Below are positions 1 to 8,867 of a stretch of 64,000 bases of DNA, one piece after another. Made by a program: the position numbers and the translations under genes. Source of the stretch: an uncultured Bacteroides sp. GTDB lineage: Bacteria; Bacteroidota; Bacteroidia; Bacteroidales; GCA-2748055. The stretch lies in contig CAZOHA010000009.1 in NCBI GenBank assembly GCA_964579515.1, positions 41 through 64,040 of the forward strand, written 5' to 3'. How positions within the stretch are numbered: position 1 is the first letter of the stretch; every line of letters starts with the position of its first letter. Below the pieces are notes generated by a model. It did not search any database. It worked only from the letters and a program-made list of their open reading frames with translations, and was not told where the DNA came from.

Positions 1-156
1 GGTTGTTCTGAAGAGGTAAATAAACAGCTGAAAAGCTATTTATGACCGGAGCCTGGCCGGCATTTTACGGAATGGTCACAGAAGTTCTGCCGTTTGTGAT
101 CCGGTATTCGCGAATGTAATAACCATTCCCTTCTCCCGTGTTAACAAATGATTAAG

Positions 157-190
157 AAAAAAGGGAGGACACCTCGCCGGACACCCTCCC
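157..190 (-). terminator. Intrinsic terminator candidate downstream of the 213..2483 gene
   Basis: On the minus strand GGGAGG pairs with CCTCCC. The stem can extend through G:U pairs and is followed directly by TTTTTT (plus-strand A-run 157..162). It lies 23 nt after the stop codon. A TTTT run on the plus side at 191..194 makes it potentially bidirectional. Confidence 0.55.
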
Positions 191-212
191 TTTTAACAGA
201 GATCTCTGTAGT

Positions 213-2483
213 TTATTTCTTGATCACCTTGAAGTGATGCACACCCTCACCCACTTTTAGCTGGAACACGTAGATTCCTGCACTGAAGCCGGTCAGGTCA
301 AAGGTTTCAGACATCCGGAGACCAGATCGCTTGATGACTGTCTTTCCGGTCATATCCATCACCTTGAGCTCGTCGGCCGGCTCACTAAGGATCATCTCCA
401 CCTTCCCGCTGGTGGGATTGGGATAAAGATTGACCCGGAGATCTCCCGATTCAACTATTCCCGTGGATCCCTGTACGTTAACCACGGCAAATTCTGTATC
501 CTGGTTTCCGGCCTGGTCGGAAACGGTTACTTCGATCAGGACCTCTCCCACATCGTCGGTGGTAAAGGATGATCTGCTTAACAGCGTATCCACCACCCCG
601 CAGTTATCCTCGACACTTTCCACCACATCGGAGGCAGTAATGGCACCGTTCCCAGATTCATCGAGTTGAACCGTGACCTCTTTGGTGGTCAGAACCGGAT
701 CGGTCTCATCGGGTGTAACGGTGAGCGTGCCTGTGGTATAGGTCATGGTGTAGTTATCGGCGCCTCCGCCCGAGACGGTAATATCATAGGTCCCGGCGGG
801 ACTGCTCTCGTCGGCCGCAGTGGCTGCTTCCGGCGTAGAGGTCAGCACCGATTCATCATCGGTTCCAACAAATCCCGTGATCACCACCGTGAACACCGGA
901 TTTTCAGTACACTCTTCCCGGCTCATATCATCGGCCGTCACCACCAGTTCGGCAGGAGTGATATTGCCGGTCAGATCGCCGGGTTGGTTCAGTGTATAGT
1001 TAGCGGCATCGGCTCCACTTAGATTCATGCCGGTGGTCACCGGGATGCCTGTTCCCACTCCGGCCTCGGCAAAGGTGCCCGATACAGCATCACTAAGAGT
1101 GACCTCATCGTCTCCGAGAATTCCTTGAAGAGAGCCTCCGGAAAGAGTCGCATCCGTGGTCCCGTCATAGACCTTGTCAGCTACAGTTATACCAATAACA
1201 GACAATGATTTAGGTGTGATATCGGCGCTGATTCCGCCGGGCTGAATCAGCGTGTAGTTGGCTGAATCTTCTCCGGACAGGGTCATGGCCGGGATCACCT
1301 CGATACCGGTTCCGACCGATGTCTGGGCAAATGTACCCGGGAGGGAATCGACCAGAACGACTTCGTCATCACCGATGATGCCGTTCAGACTGCCTCCGAA
1401 AACCTCCGCCGCGGAGGTTCCGTCATATACTTTGTCCTCTGCCACCGTACCTGTCACCGTGAGCTCGGCCGGGGTGACCTCCAGGTCCTGAGCCACCGGA
1501 TCCGCCGCCTGGTACTGGGCATTACCCTCCTGTGTGGCGGTAATGGTGGTGGTACCCACGCCCACCACAGATACCGTACTGCCTGTTATCGTGGCAACAC
1601 TCTCATCAGAGCTGGTATAGGAAACAGTCAATCCGGACGAAGCTACCGCATTCAGTTCAAAATCAGCACTACCATAAATGACCGGATCGATGGTTCCGAA
1701 ATCGATGGTCTGGGTCTGCTTCAGTGTGGTCACCGAGATTTTATTCGAACCCGGGCTGCTACCTCCCTTGTTATAGGCTTTGATCCTGTAATAGTAGGTA
1801 TTGACGGGAAGCAGACCGGTCACTTCGGTGGAAGTCACATTCCCCACATCCTTGTTCACATATCCGGTCACATAGCTGGTGAAGTCGATGTCGGTGGCCA
1901 CCTCTATGGAGTAACCGGTGGTATTCCCGCTTGCATCCCAGTTCGCAGTGAATGCGCCGGAATTCACATTGGTGGCTGCCAGTGCCAGCGGTGTTACGGG
2001 CGGCAGCTCCTCCTCCCCGTATACATGGAGCTCGGTAAACGATGCCAGTGCATCCTTCGAGGTGATATAGAACCTTACAAAGTTGTATATATCAGGGTAT
2101 GTCAGGTCGTAGGTAAAGGTCCCCGTTCCAGTAACAGTTACATTCTCCAGATCGAGCCAGGTGGTTCCGTCGGGACTTGCCTGGAAGATGATGTCACCCG
2201 GCAGTTCGGCCGGATTGGACAGGATCATCCCGAAACCGTCGATCAAATAGGCTTTCCCCAGATCGATCTGGATCCATACGGGAGCTGTCCCGGGGACGGC
2301 ACAATAGGTGGTGAGAAGCGTATCGACCGCTTTGCTGGGGCCGTTCCCCACCACGGAATCAGTGGCTGTAGCCAGCTTGAATGCAGCAATATTTGAGTTG
2401 CTGCCGGTGTACTGTCCCGCCGCCGCGACCGTGAGGACCAGCGTCAGAACAATGGTTTTACAGAGAAATATCAGTTTTTTCAT
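213..2483 (-). CDS. Large secreted surface protein: discoidin/F5-8-type-C-like N-domain, Fn3-like segment, repeated KVYDGT (YDG/MBG-type) modules and a T9SS C-terminal sorting domain
   Basis: Complete 756-aa ORF. The signal peptide is MKKLIFLCKTIVLTLVLTVAAAGQ. VADKVYDGT/AEDKVYDGT repeats are each followed by G(T/S)F. The C-terminus LYPNPTSGKVEMIL...GIYVFQLKV is a typical T9SS CTD. Confidence 0.85.
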   Translation of the reverse strand: MKKLIFLCKTIVLTLVLTVAAAGQYTGSNSNIAAFKLATATDSVVGNGPSKAVDTLLTTYCAVPGTAPVWIQIDLGKAYLIDGFGMILSNPAELPGDIIFQASPDGTTWLDLENVTVTGTGTFTYDLTYPDIYNFVRFYITSKDALASFTELHVYGEEELPPVTPLALAATNVNSGAFTANWDASGNTTGYSIEVATDIDFTSYVTGYVNKDVGNVTSTEVTGLLPVNTYYYRIKAYNKGGSSPGSNKISVTTLKQTQTIDFGTIDPVIYGSADFELNAVASSGLTVSYTSSDESVATITGSTVSVVGVGTTTITATQEGNAQYQAADPVAQDLEVTPAELTVTGTVAEDKVYDGTSAAEVFGGSLNGIIGDDEVVLVDSLPGTFAQTSVGTGIEVIPAMTLSGEDSANYTLIQPGGISADITPKSLSVIGITVADKVYDGTTDATLSGGSLQGILGDDEVTLSDAVSGTFAEAGVGTGIPVTTGMNLSGADAANYTLNQPGDLTGNITPAELVVTADDMSREECTENPVFTVVITGFVGTDDESVLTSTPEAATAADESSPAGTYDITVSGGGADNYTMTYTTGTLTVTPDETDPVLTTKEVTVQLDESGNGAITASDVVESVEDNCGVVDTLLSRSSFTTDDVGEVLIEVTVSDQAGNQDTEFAVVNVQGSTGIVESGDLRVNLYPNPTSGKVEMILSEPADELKVMDMTGKTVIKRSGLRMSETFDLTGFSAGIYVFQLKVGEGVHHFKVIKK

Positions 2484-2567
2484 AATTAGGGGTTTTAGCT
2501 CTCTTTACGTTAAAGGAATGAATTGGTTACGACAATTTATCAACGTTTCACCCAAACAAAAGTCCTC

Positions 2568-2575
2568 TATATTTG
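2568..2575 (+). promoter_or_regulatory. Bacteroidota-type -7 promoter box (TATATTTG = TAnnTTTG) upstream of the SulP gene
   Basis: Exact match to TAnnTTTG, 36 nt upstream of ATG 2611. A TTTC (near-TTTG) sits about 20 nt further upstream. Confidence 0.45.
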
Positions 2576-2610
2576 TAGTATGCTTCTGTAACCCGAAAAC
2601 CACTACATCA

Positions 2611-4458
2611 ATGAAGAATCTCTTCGATTTCAAGCATTTCAAGGGAGACCTCTTCGGGGGGATCACCGCAGGGATCGTCGCCTTACCTCTGGCACTCGCC
2701 TTTGGTGTGAGCTCCGGACTGGGTCCGATGGCGGGTCTCTACGGGGCCATCTTCATCAGTTTCTTCGCAGCCCTGTTTGGCGGAACCAACACCCAGATCT
2801 CAGGGCCCACGGCCCCTATGACCGCTGTGAGCATGGTGGTGATCGCCGGTATTGTGGCAGCCAACAACGGGGATGTGGATCAGGCGCTGCCCTACATTCT
2901 GGCGGTATTTTTGGTGGCAGGGCTGATGCAGATCGGACTGGGGGCTCTGGGACTGGGTAAATATATCCGGTTGATCCCCTATCCGGTGGTTTCCGGGTTT
3001 ATGACAGCGATTGGCGTCATTATTATTCTGACCCAGATATTGCCTGCACTCGGCTACTATCCCAAAGAGGATATGGAATATGTGGAACAATTCACCACCG
3101 AAGCGGAGGAAATGGTCATGACGAATATCCTTGAGGAGGAGGTTTCGGAAGGAACCACGATCCGCGAGAGTTTCGAAAACACTATGGAGCGGGGTGAAAG
3201 GATCACCGAAGAGGAGATTCTGCAGGAATCGCGGACACTGGCAGGAACAGAAGCTTCCGGAGTGGTGGGTGCCGTCAGGCTGATACCCCGGGCCGTGCAG
3301 AATATTAGCTGGGTGGAGTTATTTCTGGCCCTCGGGACCATCGTGATCATTTACGGTTTCAAAAGGATCACCAGGGTGGTTCCCAGTACCCTGGTCGCCC
3401 TGCTGGTGATGTCCGGTATTGCCGATCTTTCGGGGATCGACTACCGGCCCGTTGAACGGATCCCCAGCGGTCTTCCCATGCCCAACCTGGATCTGTTCAC
3501 CTCCTTCAGCTTCAGTGCCATCTCACCCTATATTTTTGCAGCGTTCACCCTGGCCATTCTGGGCGCCATCGATTCACTCCTGACATCGGTGGTGGCCGAT
3601 AACATGACCAAGACCCGGCACAAGCCTAACCGGGAGCTGGTGGGTCAGGGGATCGGTAACAGTGTGGCTGCCATTTTCGGGGGGATCCCCGGAGCGGGGG
3701 CCACCATCCGGACCGTGGTCAATATCAATGCCGGAGGGAAAACCCGGTTATCCGGGATGATCGCAGGCCTGCTGCTGTTCCTCACCCTGCTGCTGCTGGG
3801 ACCGGTAGCCTCAAGAATTCCGGCTGCCGTTCTGGCCGGTATCCTGATCACTGTGGGAATTGCCGTAATGGATTATAAAGGACTGAAAGCCATTCCCAAT
3901 ATGCCCAGGGCAGAAGTGGCTATCATGCTCATTGTCCTGGTGCTCGCCTCCTTCTGGAACCTGGTCTACGCAGTGGGGATCGGTCTGGTGATCGCCTCAC
4001 TGATGTTTATGAAAGTGATCGGTGATATCACCGGGGAGTCGTCTGAGATTAAAACCCTGAAAGAAACACCCTGGCCAGATGAGGTGGATTTCCCCGAGGA
4101 GATGAAAGAACATGTCTTCATCAAGCATGTGAACGGCCCTCTGTTCTTCGGATCCACCTCCAATTTCGAAAAGCTGTCCAAACAGATACCCGACCACGCG
4201 GAAGCGGTGGTCATCCGTATGAACAGGGTACCCTATATGGATCAATCGGGTCTCTATGCCATGGAAGATTTCCTGATCGAGCTGGCCAGAAAGAAAAAGA
4301 AAGTGATCCTGGTCGGTTTGCAGAAGCAACCCCGCTACATGCTCGAACGGATCGATGTCATTCCCGACCTGGTCAAACCGGAACAGATCACTACCGGTTT
4401 CAATGACTGTGTGGGCACCCTGAAACAGCAGATCGATGCGATCCCGGAAACCGTCTGA
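2611..4458 (+). CDS. SulP-family anion (sulfate/bicarbonate) transporter with C-terminal STAS domain
   Basis: ORF 2308..4458 trimmed to ATG 2611. MKNLFDFKHFKGDLFGGITAGIVALPLALAFG is the canonical SulP N-terminus. The protein has multiple TM segments, and its C-terminal part (VFIKHVNGPLFFGSTSNF...VVIRMNRVPYMDQSGL) is STAS-like. Confidence 0.9.
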   Translation: MKNLFDFKHFKGDLFGGITAGIVALPLALAFGVSSGLGPMAGLYGAIFISFFAALFGGTNTQISGPTAPMTAVSMVVIAGIVAANNGDVDQALPYILAVFLVAGLMQIGLGALGLGKYIRLIPYPVVSGFMTAIGVIIILTQILPALGYYPKEDMEYVEQFTTEAEEMVMTNILEEEVSEGTTIRESFENTMERGERITEEEILQESRTLAGTEASGVVGAVRLIPRAVQNISWVELFLALGTIVIIYGFKRITRVVPSTLVALLVMSGIADLSGIDYRPVERIPSGLPMPNLDLFTSFSFSAISPYIFAAFTLAILGAIDSLLTSVVADNMTKTRHKPNRELVGQGIGNSVAAIFGGIPGAGATIRTVVNINAGGKTRLSGMIAGLLLFLTLLLLGPVASRIPAAVLAGILITVGIAVMDYKGLKAIPNMPRAEVAIMLIVLVLASFWNLVYAVGIGLVIASLMFMKVIGDITGESSEIKTLKETPWPDEVDFPEEMKEHVFIKHVNGPLFFGSTSNFEKLSKQIPDHAEAVVIRMNRVPYMDQSGLYAMEDFLIELARKKKKVILVGLQKQPRYMLERIDVIPDLVKPEQITTGFNDCVGTLKQQIDAIPETV

Positions 4459-4478
4459 ACCAACAAGTAAGCAACCAT

Positions 4479-5078
4479 ATGGCACCAATTACTCAATCAA
4501 TGCAACAGGAAATGTCTCCGGCAGAAGCCCTGGAGAGACTGACCGGGGGCAACCGCCGGTTCGTCGAAAAAAAACTGAAAGAGACCGATCTGATGGAGCA
4601 GGTGCATGCCACCTCCGGAGGGCAGTATCCATTCGCAGCCATACTTGGCTGCATCGATTCCCGTGTTCCTGCCGAACTGATCTTTGATCAGGGTATCGGG
4701 AACCTGTTCAATGCCCGGGTGGCCGGAAACATTGTCAATAAAGATATCCTGGGCTCCCTGGAGTACTCCTGCAAGGTGGCCGGGTCGAAGGTGATACTGG
4801 TCCTGGGCCACACCTCCTGCGGGGCGGTGACTGCAGCCTGCAATCAGGTGGAAATGGGGAACATCACCCACCTGCTTGCCGGGATCCGGCCCGCTGTGGA
4901 ATCGTTCAGCCAGGAAGAACTGGTGGTGGACGATGTGGCGCGAAAGAATGTCCTTCATTCCATGGAACAGATCAGGCAGGAGAGCCCCATACTGGCAGAG
5001 ATGGAGCAAAAGGGGGAGATCATCATCCGGGGTGCGATGTACGACATCTCCGACGGCCGGGTGAGCTTCCTGGACTGA
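4479..5078 (+). CDS. Beta-class carbonic anhydrase
   Basis: 199-aa ORF with the beta-CA zinc-ligand motifs CIDSRV and GHTSCGAV. It begins 20 nt downstream of the SulP gene. Confidence 0.9.
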   Translation: MAPITQSMQQEMSPAEALERLTGGNRRFVEKKLKETDLMEQVHATSGGQYPFAAILGCIDSRVPAELIFDQGIGNLFNARVAGNIVNKDILGSLEYSCKVAGSKVILVLGHTSCGAVTAACNQVEMGNITHLLAGIRPAVESFSQEELVVDDVARKNVLHSMEQIRQESPILAEMEQKGEIIIRGAMYDISDGRVSFLD

Positions 5079-5133
5079 TCGGGGTGAATCCGGCTGATCT
5101 GGTGTTTCCGGCTGATTGTGTGAATCCGGCTAA

Positions 5134-5147
5134 CCGGGCATGCCCGG
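5134..5147. repeat. Perfect 14-bp palindrome CCGGGCATGCCCGG between the convergent carbonic anhydrase gene and tRNA
   Basis: Read directly from the sequence. It could form a hairpin on either transcript. No adjacent U-tract is present, so a terminator function is uncertain. Confidence 0.3.
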
Positions 5148-5160
5148 CTTACCGGGCTTG

Positions 5161-5237
5161 TGGTGGAGGTAGGGGGAATCGAACCCCCGACCTCGTGATT
5201 GCGAACCACGCGCTCTGGCCATCTGAGCTATACCCCC
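5161..5237 (-). tRNA. tRNA-Ala (anticodon CGC), CCA encoded
   Basis: The reverse complement folds as a 77-nt cloverleaf: acceptor GGGGGTA/TACCTCC with the G3:U70 Ala identity pair, D-stem GCTC/GAGC, anticodon stem CGTGG/TCACG with loop TTCGCAA, T-arm GGGGG-TTCGATT-CCCCC, and 3' ACCA. Confidence 0.93.
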
Positions 5238-5260
5238 GCAGCTGCAAATCTAAGAATATT

Positions 5261-5821
5261 TTACCGGATCCGGCTCCGGGAAAGGGCTGCTGCACGGTTA
5301 TATTCTTCCCGGCACACCATGCAAAACCGGTGTTCCTTCTGCTCCAGGTCCTCCACATAGGTGCTGGAGCGCATCACACAAGCCGGATGGCTGCAGTGGA
5401 TCAGACCGAAGGTATGCCCCAGCTCATGAATGATCACCTTGGTAAACCGCCCGATCAACAGTTCATAATCGGGTTTCAGCCCGTAATGCTCATTTCTCAG
5501 GCGGAAGATAGATACCACTCCTGTGCGCCCGTTCAGATGAGCCTGTCCGAAGATGTAGGTGAGGATGGGAATATAGAGATCGACCCTTGCCATCCCGATC
5601 ACCCTGACCGCCTCGGCCGGGGCACGCTCGGTGATCATTCTCAGTAATTCGTCGGCATCGTACTGACGCCGCACCGGATTATAGAAGTCGCTGATATCCA
5701 GGCTGCACTCCATCAGTTCCACGGGGAAGTGAAGCTCCCGGGTCACGTTCTCGGCCACTCTTTCAGTCAGCTTTTTCTCGAACAACCCGCAGGAAACCAG
5801 TATAATGCTTTGATCGCTCAA
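5261..5821 (-). CDS. Archaemetzincin-like zinc metalloprotease (peptidase M54)
   Basis: 186-aa ORF containing HELGHTFGLIHC (HExxHxxGxxHC), followed by CSHPACVM and FCMVC (the four-Cys second zinc site). It starts 6 nt after the stop of the response-regulator gene. Confidence 0.8.
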   Translation of the reverse strand: MSDQSIILVSCGLFEKKLTERVAENVTRELHFPVELMECSLDISDFYNPVRRQYDADELLRMITERAPAEAVRVIGMARVDLYIPILTYIFGQAHLNGRTGVVSIFRLRNEHYGLKPDYELLIGRFTKVIIHELGHTFGLIHCSHPACVMRSSTYVEDLEQKEHRFCMVCREEYNRAAALSRSRIR

Positions 5822-5827
5822 AGCCGG

Positions 5828-7165
5828 TTATTCCTCTTTTAGTTCGTATTTCCGGATCTTATTATAAAGGGTGGCCCTGTCGACGTTCAGGGCCCGGGCC
5901 GACCGGGAGATGTTCCATTTGTATTTTGAAAGGATCCTGGCGATATGCTTCCGCTCCAGCTCCTCCAGACTCTCAATGGAGCTGCTCATGGCCTCCTGAC
6001 CCATGGGCAGGTCCTTCAGCCTGATCACCTTTCCGTTACCCACCACGATGGCCCTTTCGATCATATTCTCCAGTTCTCTGACATTACCGGGGTATTCGAA
6101 CGATTCCAGGTGTTTCAGTGCGGCCGGTTCGATGGTGATCATATCCCGGCTCATGGAGGTGCAGTACTTCCTGATGAAATGGTCGACCAGGAGAGGGATA
6201 TCCTCGGGGCGCTCCCTGAGCGGCGGGATGCGGATATTGACCACGTTCAGCCGGTAGAAAAGATCCTCCCGGAAGGTCCCGTTTTCCACCATGCTTTTCA
6301 GGTCCCGGTTGGTGGCGCAGATGATCCTGAAATCGGAAGTGATCTCCCTGGAACCCCCGACGCGGACAAAGGTTTTCGTTTCCAGGACCCTCAGCAATTC
6401 CACCTGCATCTTGGATGAAATGGTGCCGATCTCATCCAGGAATATCGTGCCACCATCGGCCATTTCAAACCTCCCCTTCCGGTTAAAGGCGGCACCTGTG
6501 AAAGCGCCTTTTTCATGCCCGAAAAGCTCACTCTCCAGCAGACTTTCGGAAAGGGCACCGCAATGAACACTGATCAGAGGGAAATATTTCCTGGGAGAAT
6601 TGGAATGGATGGCCCTTGCCACCAGTTCTTTGCCCGTGCCGCTCTCCCCGGTGATAATGACCGAAGAGTTGGTCGGGGCCACACTCTCCACCTCCCTGAG
6701 TACCTTCCGGAGCGCCTCACTTTCTCCCACAATATCCTCCACGTCCGTCAGGGTGGTGATCTTATCCCTGAGACCCACATTCTCCTTCTTCAGGGTCACC
6801 TGTGTGGCCGCATTGCGGATCAGGTGAGAGAGATCATCCGGATCAAAGGGTTTGGTCACATAATCGAATGCTCCTTCCTTCAGTGCCTGGACGGCAGTAT
6901 CGACCGAGGCAAAAGCAGTCATAATGATCACTACGGGCTCTCCGGAAAGGGCTTTAATCCGCCTGTGCAGCTCCATCCCGTCCATGCCCGGCATCTTGAT
7001 ATCGACGAGTATAATATCGAAATCCCTGTCATCGAGCAGCTTTAGTGCTTTCTTGGCATCCTCGGCGCACTCGACATGGTATCCCTCCTCGATGAACCAG
7101 TTGTAAAGAGAATCCCGGACCGATTCTTCATCATCGACGATCAACATGGATATTCCTTTATTCAT
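5828..7165 (-). CDS. Sigma-54-dependent response regulator (NtrC family: REC + AAA+ + Fis-type HTH)
   Basis: ORF 5828..7465 trimmed to ATG 7165 (MNKGISMLIVDDEES). It has the receiver-domain motif DIILVDIKMPGMDG, Walker A GESGTGKE, the GAFTGA motif, and the C-terminal HTH ARALNVDRATLYNKIRKY. It overlaps the kinase stop by 8 nt. Confidence 0.9.
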   Translation of the reverse strand: MNKGISMLIVDDEESVRDSLYNWFIEEGYHVECAEDAKKALKLLDDRDFDIILVDIKMPGMDGMELHRRIKALSGEPVVIIMTAFASVDTAVQALKEGAFDYVTKPFDPDDLSHLIRNAATQVTLKKENVGLRDKITTLTDVEDIVGESEALRKVLREVESVAPTNSSVIITGESGTGKELVARAIHSNSPRKYFPLISVHCGALSESLLESELFGHEKGAFTGAAFNRKGRFEMADGGTIFLDEIGTISSKMQVELLRVLETKTFVRVGGSREITSDFRIICATNRDLKSMVENGTFREDLFYRLNVVNIRIPPLRERPEDIPLLVDHFIRKYCTSMSRDMITIEPAALKHLESFEYPGNVRELENMIERAIVVGNGKVIRLKDLPMGQEAMSSSIESLEELERKHIARILSKYKWNISRSARALNVDRATLYNKIRKYELKEE

Positions 7166-8819
7166 GAGATGATGGTTTTTCCTCCGCAAGCGGCAGAATA
7201 ATTGAAATGGTCGTCCCCCTGCCCGGCTCCGAATCCACCTCGATCTTCCCCTGGTGATTCTCCACGATCCCGTGTACAATGGAGAGACCCAGTCCGATCC
7301 CGCTGGTATCGCGTTTGGTGGAATAGAAGGGTTCGAAAATATGGGAAATGTCCCCGGGTGCGATCCCGACCCCGTTATCGGTGACACTCCACCGGATGCG
7401 CTTCTCATCGGGATTGGAAGTGCGGACAGTGATTTCGCCGTTCTCCCGGATCGCCTCCGTGGCATTCACCATGATGGCCACACATACCTGCTTGATCTGG
7501 TTGGGGCTGCAGTGGATCAGGTCATTTTCGGCATGGAAAAGATTCGTCAACTGAATATCGGCGATCTTGATGGAATGCCGCATCAACTTGCAGGTGTCGG
7601 AAAGCAGGCCGTGCAGGTGGCACGGCTCGAAATCCTCCCGGTCCTGGCGGGAGAAATCGAGAAGTCCGCGCACGATATCGCCGCAGCGCTTGGTCTCCGT
7701 CTCGATCAGCTTCAGGTTTTTCAGAATGCTTTCCTTCTTGGGATGATGGAACTCCGGGCGGTCGAGCTGTTTATGGATGAGCCGGTTGTAAACCAGGATC
7801 CCCGACAGGGGGTTATTGATCTCATGGGCCACCGAAGAGGAGAGTTTACCCAGTGAGGCGATGCGCTCCACATGGATCAGTTCGTTCTGGGCGGCAGAGA
7901 GCTCCTCCGACTTTTTCTGCACTTTGTATTCCAGTTGCCGGGACCAGTTTTGCAGCTCTTTGGTGGCCATTTCTATATTATCGAGCATATTGTTGAACGC
8001 CTCGGATACCAGCCTCATGTCATTCAGCAATCCCGGCTTGATCTCCAGCCGGATGGAATGATCTCCGCCGGACACCCTTTCACTGGCCTGAATGAGCGAG
8101 TTGAGCGGCCGTTTGATCCGCCGGCGGGTAAACAGGACCAGGAAAGTGACCATCAGCACAGTGATCAGTGTGGCTAGTAACATAAAATCGGTGGAGGATT
8201 GATCGGCAAATGCATCGAGATCGTCCAGTGGCATGGTGATCAAAAGGGATCCGAGCACAGGCTCATCCTCCGGGTGATAATGGCAGTCGGCCGTGCTGCA
8301 GGATGGTTCATTGAGTATGGACTTTTTGATCAGCAGGTGACGTGCTCCCTCATTCGTCTGGCGGATCCCGCATTCAGGGATATTTTCCACCACCAGGTAA
8401 GCCTTTTCTCCCGGCGGGAACATCGAGGAGATTCCGGAATGACAATCAGTACAGCTGGGATTCCCGTCCAGATCCGGATCCCCGGTCAGGCTCGAGTATG
8501 CCAGAAGGTCGTTCTGGTCGTACATATTGACCTCATCGATCCCCGACATGGTACTGATCATATCCAGGGTTCGCTGCAGCATGGCTTGGTCGTTCTCCAG
8601 CATCGAATAGTAGAGCGATCCCTCCACGATGGAGCTGATCTGGTCCCCGCTGCGGCCGAGGGTCTCATTGAAGAAATCGGTGTAGATGGTACGGAAAACC
8701 AAAAGGAACAGGATGAAGAGAATCAAAAGAGAGCCTGTTATAATGAACACCACCCTCCCGTAAATGGAAGATCTGAACTGGTAGAACTTCCTGAGAAAGC
8801 CCTTCATCGGTCCGCTCAT
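7158..8819 (-). CDS. Sensor histidine kinase (2 TM, periplasmic loop with haem-c binding motifs, HAMP, HisKA, HATPase)
   Basis: 553-aa ORF. TM1 is VVFIITGSLLILFILFLLVF and TM2 is FMLLATLITVLMVTFLVLF. The periplasmic loop holds CTDCH (CXXCH) and CSTADCH (CX4CH). The kinase core has H-box SSVAHEINNPLSG and G-boxes DNGVGI and GIGLGLSIV. Confidence 0.9.
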   Translation of the reverse strand: MSGPMKGFLRKFYQFRSSIYGRVVFIITGSLLILFILFLLVFRTIYTDFFNETLGRSGDQISSIVEGSLYYSMLENDQAMLQRTLDMISTMSGIDEVNMYDQNDLLAYSSLTGDPDLDGNPSCTDCHSGISSMFPPGEKAYLVVENIPECGIRQTNEGARHLLIKKSILNEPSCSTADCHYHPEDEPVLGSLLITMPLDDLDAFADQSSTDFMLLATLITVLMVTFLVLFTRRRIKRPLNSLIQASERVSGGDHSIRLEIKPGLLNDMRLVSEAFNNMLDNIEMATKELQNWSRQLEYKVQKKSEELSAAQNELIHVERIASLGKLSSSVAHEINNPLSGILVYNRLIHKQLDRPEFHHPKKESILKNLKLIETETKRCGDIVRGLLDFSRQDREDFEPCHLHGLLSDTCKLMRHSIKIADIQLTNLFHAENDLIHCSPNQIKQVCVAIMVNATEAIRENGEITVRTSNPDEKRIRWSVTDNGVGIAPGDISHIFEPFYSTKRDTSGIGLGLSIVHGIVENHQGKIEVDSEPGRGTTISIILPLAEEKPSSHE

Positions 8820-8867
8820 TTCCCTGCTCCTGTCGATTGAATTTTTCCCGGAGAAATCGTTAAGATA

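Noticed and set aside
2308-2610. N-terminal extension of the SulP ORF, which overlaps the start of the divergent 213..2483 gene. Analogous extensions are 7166..7465, 10826..10912, 36349..36420, 42671..42796, 43846..43947, 51040..51078, 51152..51196 and 53466..53525.
   Set aside because: In each case the family-typical N-terminus begins at an internal Met. The extensions overlap neighbouring genes or intergenic promoter regions and have non-protein-like composition.
5084-5647. 187-aa plus-strand ORF spanning the tRNA-Ala and the archaemetzincin gene
   Set aside because: It overlaps a well-folding tRNA and lies antisense to a gene with a complete metzincin signature.
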